Under the pieces are notes generated by a model, which saw only the letters and a program-made list of their open reading frames with translations, was not told where the DNA came from and ran no database searches. Both the position numbers and the translations under genes were made by a program. 64,000 bases of DNA. Origin: Porphyromonadaceae bacterium UBA7207. GTDB taxonomy: Bacteria > Bacteroidota > Bacteroidia > Bacteroidales > Muribaculaceae. Shown piece by piece: positions 37,564 through 47,147 of this stretch. Numbering within the stretch: position 1 is the stretch's first letter; every line of letters starts with the position of its first letter. The stretch covers positions 7,146 to 71,145 of the forward strand of contig DKUJ01000022.1 of the NCBI GenBank assembly GCA_002490635.1, read 5' to 3'.

Positions 37564-37634
37564 TGGATTTGGACGTTTGCGAGTCTTTGTACAATAGACA
37601 CAAAAATTGGCGGAAAGTTACTGTTTCGGTTATG

Positions 37635-37674
37635 AAAAATGCCTGCCGTAGCGATTTAATTTCGTACGACAGGC
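37635..37674 (-). terminator. Terminator after apt
   Basis: GCCTGCCGTA (37641-37650) / TACGACAGGC (37665-37674), T-tail on the minus strand. Confidence 0.6.
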
Positions 37675-37783
37675 AGAACTTTGTGCGAATTTTGAAATCT
37701 CAGAGGCTTAAAAATCGATTAATATCCAGTATGTCAAACGCTTCTGAGATAATTTAAGGTGCGTGTCCGGCGGTGGAATAGAA

Positions 37784-38302
37784 TCAGTACTTGATCAGGG
37801 AGGTCACATCGGCGTCGGCGGGCAGTGCGGCGCGGCCGTTGAGCGATGTAAGCTCGATGATGAAGTTTATGTAGATTTTTTTGGGGTTCATGCTTTTCAC
37901 CAGAGCATATGCCGCGGCCATTGTTCCGCCGGTGGCCAGAACGTCGTCGTGGAGCACCACGATGTCGTCCTCGGTGATTGCATCGGAATGCATCTCGATG
38001 GTGTCGGTGCCGTATTCTTTCTGGTAGGACATTTTAATTGTGTCGGCGGGCAGTTTGCCCGGTTTGCGCACTGGAACGAATCCTGCTCCGAGTTCGAAGG
38101 CGAGAATGGAGCCCCCGATGAATCCGCGGCTTTCGATTCCCACCACTTTTGTAACGCCTTTGTCGCGATAGAGCTGAGAGAGATCCCAGCCAATCACATG
38201 CAGGGCGCGCGGGTCTTTGAAAGCCGTGGTAAGGTCCTTGAACAGGATGCCTTTGGAGGGGAAGTCCTGCACGTCGCGGATGTGTCGCTTGATGTATTCC
38301 AT
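37784..38302 (-). CDS. apt: Adenine phosphoribosyltransferase
   Basis: DFPSKGILFKD, GIESRGF, RKPGKLP, DDVLATGGT. Confidence 0.97.
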   Translation of the reverse strand: MEYIKRHIRDVQDFPSKGILFKDLTTAFKDPRALHVIGWDLSQLYRDKGVTKVVGIESRGFIGGSILAFELGAGFVPVRKPGKLPADTIKMSYQKEYGTDTIEMHSDAITEDDIVVLHDDVLATGGTMAAAYALVKSMNPKKIYINFIIELTSLNGRAALPADADVTSLIKY

Positions 38303-38352
38303 GTTGTTTATATTACTTAAGTGTTTGATATTCTATTTGATAGGTTGTCAAT

Positions 38353-38368
38353 TGTTTCACGTGGAACA
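38353..38368. other. parS centromere-like site
   Basis: TGTTTCACGTGGAACA matches the bacterial parS consensus; it lies within a 24-bp palindrome (38349-38372) with one mismatch. Confidence 0.88.
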
Positions 38369-38377
38369 ATTGGCCGT

Positions 38378-40258
38378 TCATTTGTCGAGAATTAGCAGCA
38401 GTATGTTTATGTCGCTGGGTGATACGCCGGGGATGCGGCTGGCCGCTCCTATTGTCGCGGGCTTCTGTTCGGTGAGTTTCTGCCGGGCTTCTGTGGAAAG
38501 CGACTGCAGCGCCGAATAGTCGAAGTCGGGTCGCAGCCTTATTTCGTCGAGTCGCCGCAGCTTTTCGGCCACCGCCCGTTCGCGTTCGATGTAGCCGCTG
38601 TATTTTATAAGCACTTCGGCGGCTTCCACGGTTTCCTGACGGCGGTCGTCGGGCAGTTCCTCGATAAGAGCGTTCAGCTCGGGTATTGCCGTGGCCAGAA
38701 TCCCGAGGCCGAGCTGCGGGCGCTGCACAAGGTCGGCGAGTTTCACTCCTTGTGTGAGAGGGCTTGTCTGTTGTTGTTCCAGCAGGTGGTTCACTTCAGA
38801 TGGCCGCACGGTTCGGCTGGCGCACAATGCGAGAATGTTGTCGCGCATGCGTTGCTTTTCCAGCATCAGCTCGTAGCGGCGGCGCGATGCAAGCCCTATC
38901 TCGTAGCCCAGGGGCGTAAGGCGCATGTCGGCATCGTCCTGCCGCAGCAGGATGCGGTATTCGGCTCTCGAGGTGAACATTCGGTAAGGTTCGTCGACGC
39001 CTTTGTTTATCAGGTCGTCGATAAGTACTCCGATGTATGCTCTGTCGCGACCGAGCACCAGAGGGCTTTTCCCGGATTTGGCAAGTGCGGCGTTGGCTCC
39101 GGCGACGAGTCCCTGGCCGGCTGCCTCCTCATATCCGGTGGTGCCGTTCACCTGCCCGGCCAGGTAAAGACCCGGCACGACCTTGCTCTCCAGTGTGGGG
39201 TGAAGCTGTGTGGGGTCGAAGAAGTCGTATTCTATTGCGTATCCGGCACGGTACAGCTGGGCATTTTCGAGTCCGGGCACTGTTCTCAGAGCTTCCACCT
39301 GTATGTCGAGTGGCATCGACGATGAGAAGCCGTTGAGGTAGTACTCCTGGGTTTCCTCACCTTCGGGTTCGAGAAACAGCTGATGCTGTGTGCGGTCGGC
39401 AAAGGTTACTATCTTTGTCTCGATCGAGGGGCAATAGCGTGGGCCTATGCTTTGTATCTGCCCGTTGTATAACGGCGAGTCCGGAAGACCGCGGCGAAGC
39501 ACCTCGCAAGTGTTTTCATTGGTATATGTGATGTTGCAGGGTCGCTGGCGCAGTTCGGAGCGAACCTCCGGAAGGTAGCTGAACAGCTTGTGGCAAGGGT
39601 CGCCTTCCTGGACCGTTGTCCTGGCGAAGTCGATTGTGCGGCCGTCGATACGCACCGGCGTGCCGGTTTTCATGCGGTCGGTTCGTATGCCCAGGTCGCT
39701 GAGCTGTTCTGTCACACCATGGGCTGCGGGTTCGGATATGCGTCCGCCTTCGAAACTCTGGCGGCCGATGTGCATGAGTCCGTTGAGGAATGTTCCTGCC
39801 GTGAGCACCACGCGCGGGGCGTGGAACTCGGCGCCTTCTGAGGTGGCAACGCCGCACAGAGTGCCGTCGCCGTCGAAAAGCAGGCGGCACACATTTCCTT
39901 GCCACATGCTCAGGCCGGGAGTGTTCTCAAGCACCGAGCGCCACATGCGGGAGAATTTTTCGCGGTCCTCCTGCGCCCTGGGGCTCCACATCGCCGGACC
40001 TTTGCTGCGGTTGAGCATGCGGAACTGGATGGAACAGCGGTCGGCGATAATTCCTGTCATACCGCCGAGTGCATCAATCTCGCGGACAATCTGTCCCTTG
40101 GCGATTCCGCCGACGGCCGGATTGCAGCTCATCTGTGCAATCTTTCCCATGTCCATGGTAACAAGCAGCGTGGCTGCGCCCATTGTGGCAGCGGCATGTG
40201 CGGCCTCGCAGCCGGCATGGCCGGCGCCGACTACTATTATGTCAAAATCGAAATTCAT
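38378..40258 (-). CDS. mnmG: tRNA uridine-5-carboxymethylaminomethyl modification enzyme MnmG (GidA)
   Basis: GAGHAGCEA, MSCNPAVGGIAKG, GPRYCPSIE, GQVNGTTGYEEA, YRMFTSRAEYR. Confidence 0.98.
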   Translation of the reverse strand: MNFDFDIIVVGAGHAGCEAAHAAATMGAATLLVTMDMGKIAQMSCNPAVGGIAKGQIVREIDALGGMTGIIADRCSIQFRMLNRSKGPAMWSPRAQEDREKFSRMWRSVLENTPGLSMWQGNVCRLLFDGDGTLCGVATSEGAEFHAPRVVLTAGTFLNGLMHIGRQSFEGGRISEPAAHGVTEQLSDLGIRTDRMKTGTPVRIDGRTIDFARTTVQEGDPCHKLFSYLPEVRSELRQRPCNITYTNENTCEVLRRGLPDSPLYNGQIQSIGPRYCPSIETKIVTFADRTQHQLFLEPEGEETQEYYLNGFSSSMPLDIQVEALRTVPGLENAQLYRAGYAIEYDFFDPTQLHPTLESKVVPGLYLAGQVNGTTGYEEAAGQGLVAGANAALAKSGKSPLVLGRDRAYIGVLIDDLINKGVDEPYRMFTSRAEYRILLRQDDADMRLTPLGYEIGLASRRRYELMLEKQRMRDNILALCASRTVRPSEVNHLLEQQQTSPLTQGVKLADLVQRPQLGLGILATAIPELNALIEELPDDRRQETVEAAEVLIKYSGYIERERAVAEKLRRLDEIRLRPDFDYSALQSLSTEARQKLTEQKPATIGAASRIPGVSPSDINILLLILDK

Positions 40259-40267
40259 CGTCTAATG

Positions 40268-40708
40268 TCAGTTTCCTTCCCCCATGTTATCGAGGAGTGC
40301 GAGGGCGTTGTTTTCGGCCTGCTCCATTATTTCCCTCTCTCCGGGGCCTTTGTCGTTTATTCCGCACAGGTGCAGTATGCCGTGGATAATCACTCTGAGC
40401 AATTCGGTTCCGGCATCCACGCCGAGTCCTTCGGCATTGCTGGACACGGTGTCGATGCTGATGAACATGTCGCCGCGCAGCAACTTCCCGGAGCAGTCGT
40501 CGAAAGTTATAATGTCGGTGTAGTAATCGTGGTTGAGAAAGCGGCGGTTGACCTCAAGAATTGTCTCGTCGTCGCAGAATACATAGCTCAGTGTGCGTGC
40601 AATGCGTCCATGGCTTTCCGCAACACGGGCTATCCATAGTTCAAGTTGTTGATAATCAAGGCATGGCAATGCTACGCCCTGAGAAGTCCATTCAATGGCG
40701 GGTTTCAT
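40268..40708 (-). CDS. ybeY: rRNA maturation endoribonuclease YbeY
   Basis: HDYYTDIITFD, HGILHLCG..D (HxxxHxxGxD); -7 box TAACTTTG at 40727-40734 supports the 40708 start. Confidence 0.95.
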   Translation of the reverse strand: MKPAIEWTSQGVALPCLDYQQLELWIARVAESHGRIARTLSYVFCDDETILEVNRRFLNHDYYTDIITFDDCSGKLLRGDMFISIDTVSSNAEGLGVDAGTELLRVIIHGILHLCGINDKGPGEREIMEQAENNALALLDNMGEGN

Positions 40709-40859
40709 AGGCGACAAAGTGAAGCACAAAGTTAATAAAATCTTTTCTATATATTACGCCTTTGGCTTTAATTCCGGCGCCGCCTCGATTACAGCGTAAT
40801 TGCTGAAAAATTACTACCTTTGCATGCGAATAGCAAACAACGGCCAGTAAGCTCACGCA

Positions 40860-41849
40860 ATGATTGAACGCATTGTAATCATCGACAAAGTCGACCCTGT
40901 ACAATTCTACGGCGTAAACAACGCCAATATGCACCTGCTCAAGAACTTATTCCCCAAACTGCGGATTTCGGCCCGTGGTTCGGTTGTGCGGGTCGTAGGC
41001 GAAGAGAGCGAGACCGCCGAATTCGAGGCACATATCAGGGAGCTCTGCGACTATGCCGAGCAGTACAACGCACTGCCCGAGGATGTGATTATCGACATCG
41101 TAAAGGGCGAAGCTCCACGCGAGCGCAAGACCGACGGCGCCATAATCTACGGAGTCAACGGCAAGCCCATCAGCGCACGCACTCCCAACCAGGCCAAGCT
41201 TATCGAGACTTTCGACACACACGACCTCACTTTCGCCCTGGGGCCGGCCGGTACCGGCAAAACCTATATCGCCATAGCCCTGGCCGTGCGCGCACTCAAG
41301 AACCGCCAGGCGCGGAAGATAATCCTCTCGCGCCCTGCCGTGGAGGCCGGAGAAAAACTCGGCTTCCTCCCCGGCGACATGAAGGACAAGATCGATCCAT
41401 ACCTTCAGCCCCTTTACGATGCCCTGGAGGATATGATTCCCGCTGTAAAGCTCAAGGAATACATGGAAACCAAGGTGATACAGATAGCGCCACTGGCTTT
41501 CATGCGCGGCCGCACGCTCAACGACGCCATAATATTGCTCGACGAGGCGCAGAACACCACCACACACCAGATCAAGATGTTCCTCACCCGTCTTGGCATG
41601 AACGCCAAGATGATAGTCACCGGCGATGTGACTCAGATCGACCTGCCGAGAGCGACCGCTTCCGGCCTGGTGCAGGCTTTGAAAATCCTCGAAGGCGTGC
41701 ATGGTGTAGGCCGCATCGAATTCGGAAAAAAGGACATCGTGCGCCACCACCTGGTGCAGCGCATTGTCGAAGCGTATGAAAAATACGACCGCGAAACCGA
41801 AGCCGCACGCGAGATAGAACGTGCCGCCTCGCAGCTCGACAGCCAATAA
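40860..41849 (+). CDS. phoH: PhoH family ATPase
   Basis: [43 protein letters not shown]; -7 box TACCTTTG at 40815-40822. Confidence 0.95.
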   Translation: MIERIVIIDKVDPVQFYGVNNANMHLLKNLFPKLRISARGSVVRVVGEESETAEFEAHIRELCDYAEQYNALPEDVIIDIVKGEAPRERKTDGAIIYGVNGKPISARTPNQAKLIETFDTHDLTFALGPAGTGKTYIAIALAVRALKNRQARKIILSRPAVEAGEKLGFLPGDMKDKIDPYLQPLYDALEDMIPAVKLKEYMETKVIQIAPLAFMRGRTLNDAIILLDEAQNTTTHQIKMFLTRLGMNAKMIVTGDVTQIDLPRATASGLVQALKILEGVHGVGRIEFGKKDIVRHHLVQRIVEAYEKYDRETEAAREIERAASQLDSQ

Positions 41850-41874
41850 AAACCTCACACACGATAACTCTCAT

Positions 41875-42822
41875 ATGACCATCACCAAAACCGACTTCCA
41901 TTTTCCCGGCCAGACCGGAGTGTACAAAGGCAAAGTCCGCGATGTCTATTCTCTCGGCAACGACCTGCTGCTGATGATTGCCACCGACCGAATTTCGGCC
42001 TTCGACGTTATTCTTCCCGAAGGCATTCCCTTCAAAGGTCAGGTTCTGAACCAGATTGCAAACTACTTCCTGGATGCCACCGCCGACATCGTTCCCAACT
42101 GGAAAATCGCCGAAGTCGATCCTATGGTCACCGCAGGACTGCGCTGCGAGCCGCTGCGCGTGGAAATGATTATCCGCGGATACCTCGCGGGCAGCGCATG
42201 GCGCGACTATGCCGCCGGCTGTCGCGAAATCTGCGGAGTAAAACTCCCCGAAGGTCTACGGCAGAACCAGAAGCTCCCCGATCCGATAATAACACCCACC
42301 ACCAAGGCCGATGCCGGCCACGACCTCAACATCTCCGCCGATGAAATCGTGGCCCAGGGACTCATGTCGCGCAGCGAGCTCGACATCGTATGCGACTACA
42401 CCCGCCAGCTCTTCGCCCGCGGAACGGAAATGGCTGCCGACAAAGGCCTCGTGCTCGTGGACACCAAATACGAGTTCGGCATGCACGACGGACGCGTGAC
42501 TCTCATCGACGAAATCCACACACCCGACTCATCGCGCTATTTCTATGCCGACACCTACGACGAACTGTTCGCCAAAGACCTGCCGCAGCGCCAGCTGTCG
42601 AAGGAATTCGTGCGCGAATGGCTCATGGCAAACGGTTTCATGGGACAGCCCGGACAGAAACTTCCCGAAATGACCGAACAGGTGTGCCGCGAAATCTCCG
42701 ACCGCTACATCGAGCTGTACACCCGCGTTACAGGGCGTGAGTTCGTGCCGGCTTCCGAAGAGCATGCCGAGGAACGCATCGCCACATCTGTCCTCGATTT
42801 TCTCGACAACGTCAACCGCTGA
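41875..42822 (+). CDS. purC: SAICAR synthetase
   Basis: [49 protein letters not shown]. Confidence 0.97.
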   Translation: MTITKTDFHFPGQTGVYKGKVRDVYSLGNDLLLMIATDRISAFDVILPEGIPFKGQVLNQIANYFLDATADIVPNWKIAEVDPMVTAGLRCEPLRVEMIIRGYLAGSAWRDYAAGCREICGVKLPEGLRQNQKLPDPIITPTTKADAGHDLNISADEIVAQGLMSRSELDIVCDYTRQLFARGTEMAADKGLVLVDTKYEFGMHDGRVTLIDEIHTPDSSRYFYADTYDELFAKDLPQRQLSKEFVREWLMANGFMGQPGQKLPEMTEQVCREISDRYIELYTRVTGREFVPASEEHAEERIATSVLDFLDNVNR

Positions 42823-43550
42823 TGTCGGCCGTAGAGGACATAAAACCCTACGGCGACGACGGTCGCGAAAAGGCGCCGCAGGTGGAGTCGATGTTCGACT
42901 CCATCGCTCCCGCCTACGACTTCATGAACCACGCCATGACCGCAGGCCTCGACCGCCTGTGGTTGCGGCGCCTGGTTGGAGAGGCCGCCAATGGAAATCC
43001 TGCCAGGATTCTCGACATGGCCACCGGCACCGGCGATGTGGCACTCGCACTTGCCCGCCGTATTCCCGAGGCCGACATAACCGGCATGGACCTCTCCGAC
43101 GGAATGCTCTCCAAGGCAAGGGCGAAGAAAGGTGCGGCAGGCATAAAATTCGTACAGGCCGACTGCTGTGCCACCGGTCTGCCCGACGGCAGCTTCGACC
43201 TCATCACCATTGCCTACGGCCTGCGCAATTTTGCCGACATCAGCGCCGGCCTTGCCGAAATGCTCCGCCTGCTGCGTCCCGGAGGCAAGCTGCTGGTGCT
43301 GGAGTTGTCGCGGCCCACTTCGCCCATCCCCGCCGCCTTCTACAATATCTACACCGCCACGGTGATACCGGTGGCCGGAAAGCTTGTGAGCGGCGACAGC
43401 AATGCCTATTCCTATCTTCCACGAAGCATTGCCGCCTGTCCGGCACGGGGGCAGATGACAGCCTTGATGGATGCTGCCGGTTTTGTCGACAGCTCCTTCA
43501 GAAGTCTTACAATGGGCGTATGCACCCTTTATAAAGCTTTCAAACCATAG
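42822..43550 (+). CDS. menG: Demethylmenaquinone methyltransferase (MenG/UbiE)
   Basis: MFDSIAPAYDFMN, LDMATGTGD, AYGLRN, LRPGG, YSYLPRSI. Confidence 0.92.
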   Translation: MSAVEDIKPYGDDGREKAPQVESMFDSIAPAYDFMNHAMTAGLDRLWLRRLVGEAANGNPARILDMATGTGDVALALARRIPEADITGMDLSDGMLSKARAKKGAAGIKFVQADCCATGLPDGSFDLITIAYGLRNFADISAGLAEMLRLLRPGGKLLVLELSRPTSPIPAAFYNIYTATVIPVAGKLVSGDSNAYSYLPRSIAACPARGQMTALMDAAGFVDSSFRSLTMGVCTLYKAFKP

Positions 43551-43578
43551 AAACGCAACAGCAGCAACACAAGCGCCA

Positions 43579-45018
43579 ATGATTCATCACATAAGCCTCC
43601 GCAACACCGCGGCAGTCGCAATAGTTCTGGCTGCACTGGTTCTGCCGGCAAGTGCCGGAGCACAGGCCATGTACTTCGACAGCGCACGAATGGCCGATAC
43701 AACAACTACCACGAACGCACAGCCCGTGCCGACCTCCGTTATGGCATTGCCGGTGCGTGGCGCCGCCCAGGCCGATACAACCGATATCGTATGGCCTCTG
43801 CTTACCGACTTCGACAATGTGGACACCTACATGCTGGCCACGGCTCTGTACCCATATAAAAAGCTTGTGGCCTCGCGACCCCTTCCTTCCACGGCGTTCA
43901 TGCCCTCGGTTTTCACCGGATACACTTTCAGCGAAAACCGCGATGTATTCATATCCGACTTCAGCGGAGAGCCTGCCTTGCGCTGGCTCGAGGAGGAAGC
44001 TGCCGGAGCTCGCGCCCTGGAGCGTATGCAGCGATATCTCTTCTATCAGCATCCCGAAAAGGTGGTGTACGACATCAACCTGCTGCCGGAGGCTCCCAAG
44101 CGCTACCATGCCGTAGTGAATCCCCAGGACCACACCATCGAGATAAAGGAACTTGCCACTCCCGACAAGGTGGAGGCAACTGTGGAGGCTGAAGTGAAGC
44201 AACGCCACTGGATACGCGCGTTCTCGGCGTCGCTGCAGTTCTCGCAGGCATATGTGTCGCCCAACTGGTACCAGGGCGGCAACAGCAATATAAACGGCCT
44301 TGCCAACATATACTACAATGTAAAGCTCAACCAGGCCTTCCACCCCAATCTGCTGTTCGAGTCCACGATGCAATACAAACTCGGCATCAACAACGCCCCC
44401 GAGGACAAGGTGCATTCCTACAACATCAGCGACGACCTCCTGCAACTCACCTCCACATTCGGTGTCAAGGCTGCCCGCAGATGGTACTACTCGGTGTCAG
44501 GTATGTTCAAGACGCAGCTGTTGAATTCATACAAACCCAACTCCAACGATGTGCAGTCGGCATTCCTGTCGCCCGGCGAGCTCAACCTCGGTGTCGGTAT
44601 GACATACAATTTCACCAACACCAAGAAAACCATCAGTTTCGACGCCTCGATATCACCGCTGTCGTACAACCTGAAGACCTGCACCTACTGGCGTGTCGAC
44701 CCCACGGCCTATGAAATCGCCGAAGGCCGCAAATGCCGCCATAAATTCGGTTCCAGCGCCGAACTGAAATTCCAGTGGAAGATAAGCTACAACATCACAT
44801 ACAGCACACGTATGTTCGCTTTCACCGACTATTCCGATGCCTACGCCGACTGGGAGAACACCATTGTTTTCGACATAAACCGTTTTCTCACCACGCAAAT
44901 CTACGCACACCTGCGCTACGATTCCGCCACACAGCCCTGCGACGACCCGCAGTGGCATAAGCTGCAGATAAAGGAAATATTGTCGATAGGCTTCGCCTAC
45001 AAGTTCAACAGCATCTGA
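43579..45018 (+). CDS. DUF3078-like outer-membrane beta-barrel protein
   Basis: Signal peptide; SPNWYQGGN, KTQL, SAFLSPG, C-terminal IKEILSIGFAYKF. Confidence 0.85.
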   Translation: MIHHISLRNTAAVAIVLAALVLPASAGAQAMYFDSARMADTTTTTNAQPVPTSVMALPVRGAAQADTTDIVWPLLTDFDNVDTYMLATALYPYKKLVASRPLPSTAFMPSVFTGYTFSENRDVFISDFSGEPALRWLEEEAAGARALERMQRYLFYQHPEKVVYDINLLPEAPKRYHAVVNPQDHTIEIKELATPDKVEATVEAEVKQRHWIRAFSASLQFSQAYVSPNWYQGGNSNINGLANIYYNVKLNQAFHPNLLFESTMQYKLGINNAPEDKVHSYNISDDLLQLTSTFGVKAARRWYYSVSGMFKTQLLNSYKPNSNDVQSAFLSPGELNLGVGMTYNFTNTKKTISFDASISPLSYNLKTCTYWRVDPTAYEIAEGRKCRHKFGSSAELKFQWKISYNITYSTRMFAFTDYSDAYADWENTIVFDINRFLTTQIYAHLRYDSATQPCDDPQWHKLQIKEILSIGFAYKFNSI

Positions 45019-45530
45019 TGTGGCGCCTAATGGCGGCATTGGCCGTTGTCGTTGCCGGCACGTTTGCCGCGTTTGCCCAGTGGACGCGCCTCGACAGCAT
45101 CGCTCCGGCGGCCGCTGCCAGTCCCTGCTGCGGAGTGTGGCAGATTGTGCCGGATGGCGCGCTGGTGAGAATCGAGCCGCAGGCCTTGTCAGGGCAGTTC
45201 ACGATATCGGTGGTCGACTCTCCCGACTATGCGATAGCTCCGGGCACAGTCATGGGAACCATGAGCGAGATTGCCGGAAACGGTCGCTATCATGCATCGC
45301 TGCTCACACACCCCATGCGCGGAAACGGATCGTCGAGGCGCGACTGCATTGTAGAGGTGCAGGACAACAATCTCGTTTTCCGGCCCTACCGCGCGCGGAC
45401 AAGACTCTCGCTGCGCCGCTGGGTTTCGTATCTCTTCCGCATTGCCATCGACCACGCCGAAAGTCCCGAAGGACTCGAAGGCGCGGTAAGGATAGCTCCC
45501 GGATCCGGTAATATGCCGATTACGCTATGA
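45018..45530 (+). CDS. Exported hypothetical protein
   Basis: Signal peptide; start overlaps the upstream stop. Confidence 0.7.
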   Translation: MWRLMAALAVVVAGTFAAFAQWTRLDSIAPAAAASPCCGVWQIVPDGALVRIEPQALSGQFTISVVDSPDYAIAPGTVMGTMSEIAGNGRYHASLLTHPMRGNGSSRRDCIVEVQDNNLVFRPYRARTRLSLRRWVSYLFRIAIDHAESPEGLEGAVRIAPGSGNMPITL

Positions 45531-46006
45531 AGACAAAAGCCCTTGCCGTCCTGCTCCTTTCGGTTTCAGCCCTGAGCACCGTGGCTCAGCGCACCACGCG
45601 CCCGCGGTTGCGCCCACAGCCACAGGAACCGTCCATGGAGTTTCCTGCCGCTGCTCCCTGTATCGTAGTGCCCGACAGCGGCGCCGTGGTGCTGCGAGGC
45701 TACGACAAGCCTTTGCGTGCGCGCCGTGAGACTGTTCTTGCCGTGAACAACAGTTCCGATACCATAGAGGCGCTGTACGTGACATTCAGCTATTTCGACA
45801 TGAACGGCCGCATGCTCCACCGGCGTTCGCTGCGCCTGCCTGAGGTGTTGCCGCCACAGCAGACGCGTATGCTCACCTTCCCCTCCTGGGACACACAGAA
45901 CACCTACCGCTACCACCTGTCCGCTCCGGCACCACGTTCGGCTGCTGTGCCGTATAAAGTCACTGTAAAGGTCGATTCCGTGCAGCTGTACAATAAAACT
46001 GAATGA
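45527..46006 (+). CDS. Exported hypothetical protein (FxLYD-like Ig fold possible)
   Basis: Signal peptide; VTFSYFDMNGRML segment; ATGA overlaps on both sides. Confidence 0.7.
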   Translation: MKTKALAVLLLSVSALSTVAQRTTRPRLRPQPQEPSMEFPAAAPCIVVPDSGAVVLRGYDKPLRARRETVLAVNNSSDTIEALYVTFSYFDMNGRMLHRRSLRLPEVLPPQQTRMLTFPSWDTQNTYRYHLSAPAPRSAAVPYKVTVKVDSVQLYNKTE

Positions 46007-46752
46007 AACATCTCCTTCTCTTTCTTGCCGCTCTTGTGGCCATGCCTCCGGCTGTCGCAGGCGATTACATGTCTCTGCGGCTTATGACATACAACGTGCA
46101 CAACTGCATAGGAACCGACCGGCAGACCGACATCGAGCGTATCGCCGCCATTGTGCGCCGCCAGGCTCCTGATGTGGTGGCCGTGCAGGAAGTCGACAGT
46201 GCCACACAACGCAGCGGCGGACGCTATGTGCTCGGCGAACTGGCATCCCTTACAGGCATGCACGCTAATTTTGCCCGAGCTATCGATTTCCAGGGCGGAG
46301 CATACGGTATCGGAGTGCTCTCGAAGCGGAAGCCACTGTCCTGCACCATGTGCCCGCTGCCTGGGCGCGAGGAGGAGAGGGCGCTGCTTGTGGTGGAATT
46401 CCCAGAGTTTTTCTTCGCCTGCACGCATCTGTCGCTCACCGAGACCGACCGTATGGGCGCCCTCGCCACAATCGAACGTATGGCATCCGGAAGCGGCAAA
46501 CCCTTCTTCATCGCCGGCGATCTCAACGCAAATCCTGCCGATGGGTTCATGAGCGCTTTCGGCCAGTCGTTCAATGTCCTTTCAGACCAGACAGAGCACA
46601 CCTTTCCAGCAACCGAACCGGAAGTGACCATCGACTACATAGCCGTCGACAGGCGGCATGCAGCCGCGGCAAAAACCGTGAAACAGCAGGTACTTCCGGA
46701 GCGTCTCGCCTCCGACCACCGCCCCATAGTGGTGGATATCCTTATCCGTTGA
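46003..46752 (+). CDS. Exported EEP-family phosphatase/nuclease
   Basis: MTYNVH, DVVAVQEVD, CTHL, GDLNA, IDYI, SDHRP. Confidence 0.9.
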   Translation: MKHLLLFLAALVAMPPAVAGDYMSLRLMTYNVHNCIGTDRQTDIERIAAIVRRQAPDVVAVQEVDSATQRSGGRYVLGELASLTGMHANFARAIDFQGGAYGIGVLSKRKPLSCTMCPLPGREEERALLVVEFPEFFFACTHLSLTETDRMGALATIERMASGSGKPFFIAGDLNANPADGFMSAFGQSFNVLSDQTEHTFPATEPEVTIDYIAVDRRHAAAAKTVKQQVLPERLASDHRPIVVDILIR

Positions 46753-46798
46753 ATTCGGCAAGAAAGTGCAAAATCAACCGGTGCTTCAAACATTTACT

Positions 46799-46861
46799 AT
46801 TACACCCTAAAGGGTATAATAGCTGCAATTTAAGGATGGTTTATACCCTTCAGGGTGTAAT
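46799..46861. repeat. 21-bp inverted repeat pair with 21-bp spacer; each arm is itself palindromic
   Basis: ATTACACCCTAAAGGGTATAA (46799-46819) versus TTATACCCTTCAGGGTGTAAT (46841-46861); one mismatch. Confidence 0.85.
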
Positions 46862-47147
46862 TTACTTTGTTCGGCGGTATGCCGGTGCGGAGGTTGACAA
46901 GTTTGGCGACGCGCATCAGATGGCGTTTTTTTAATCCCGGATATCTTTTCAAGGCAAGTTATCCGGGATGATTTTTATTATATTTTATACTATACGAGCC
47001 AACCAAGTCGATTCCGGAGTGTTCATTAATTGGATGGACTTCCCATCCGGGTTAATAGAGTGGCGCCATCGGGTCACGGATTGTTGAACACAATAGCGTT
47101 AGTTCTCATTAGCCGCATTTGTCACCAACAATTTAATCCATATAGTT

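Noticed and set aside
40709-40859. ybeY/phoH divergence, where overall gene orientation flips, as the origin
   Set aside because: Only ~150 bp, occupied by two -7 promoter boxes, with no DnaA-box cluster or trios.
46753-47147. Known riboswitch (TPP, cobalamin, SAM) ahead of gadB, or in 37564-37783
   Set aside because: The conserved core sequences of these classes were not found by eye.
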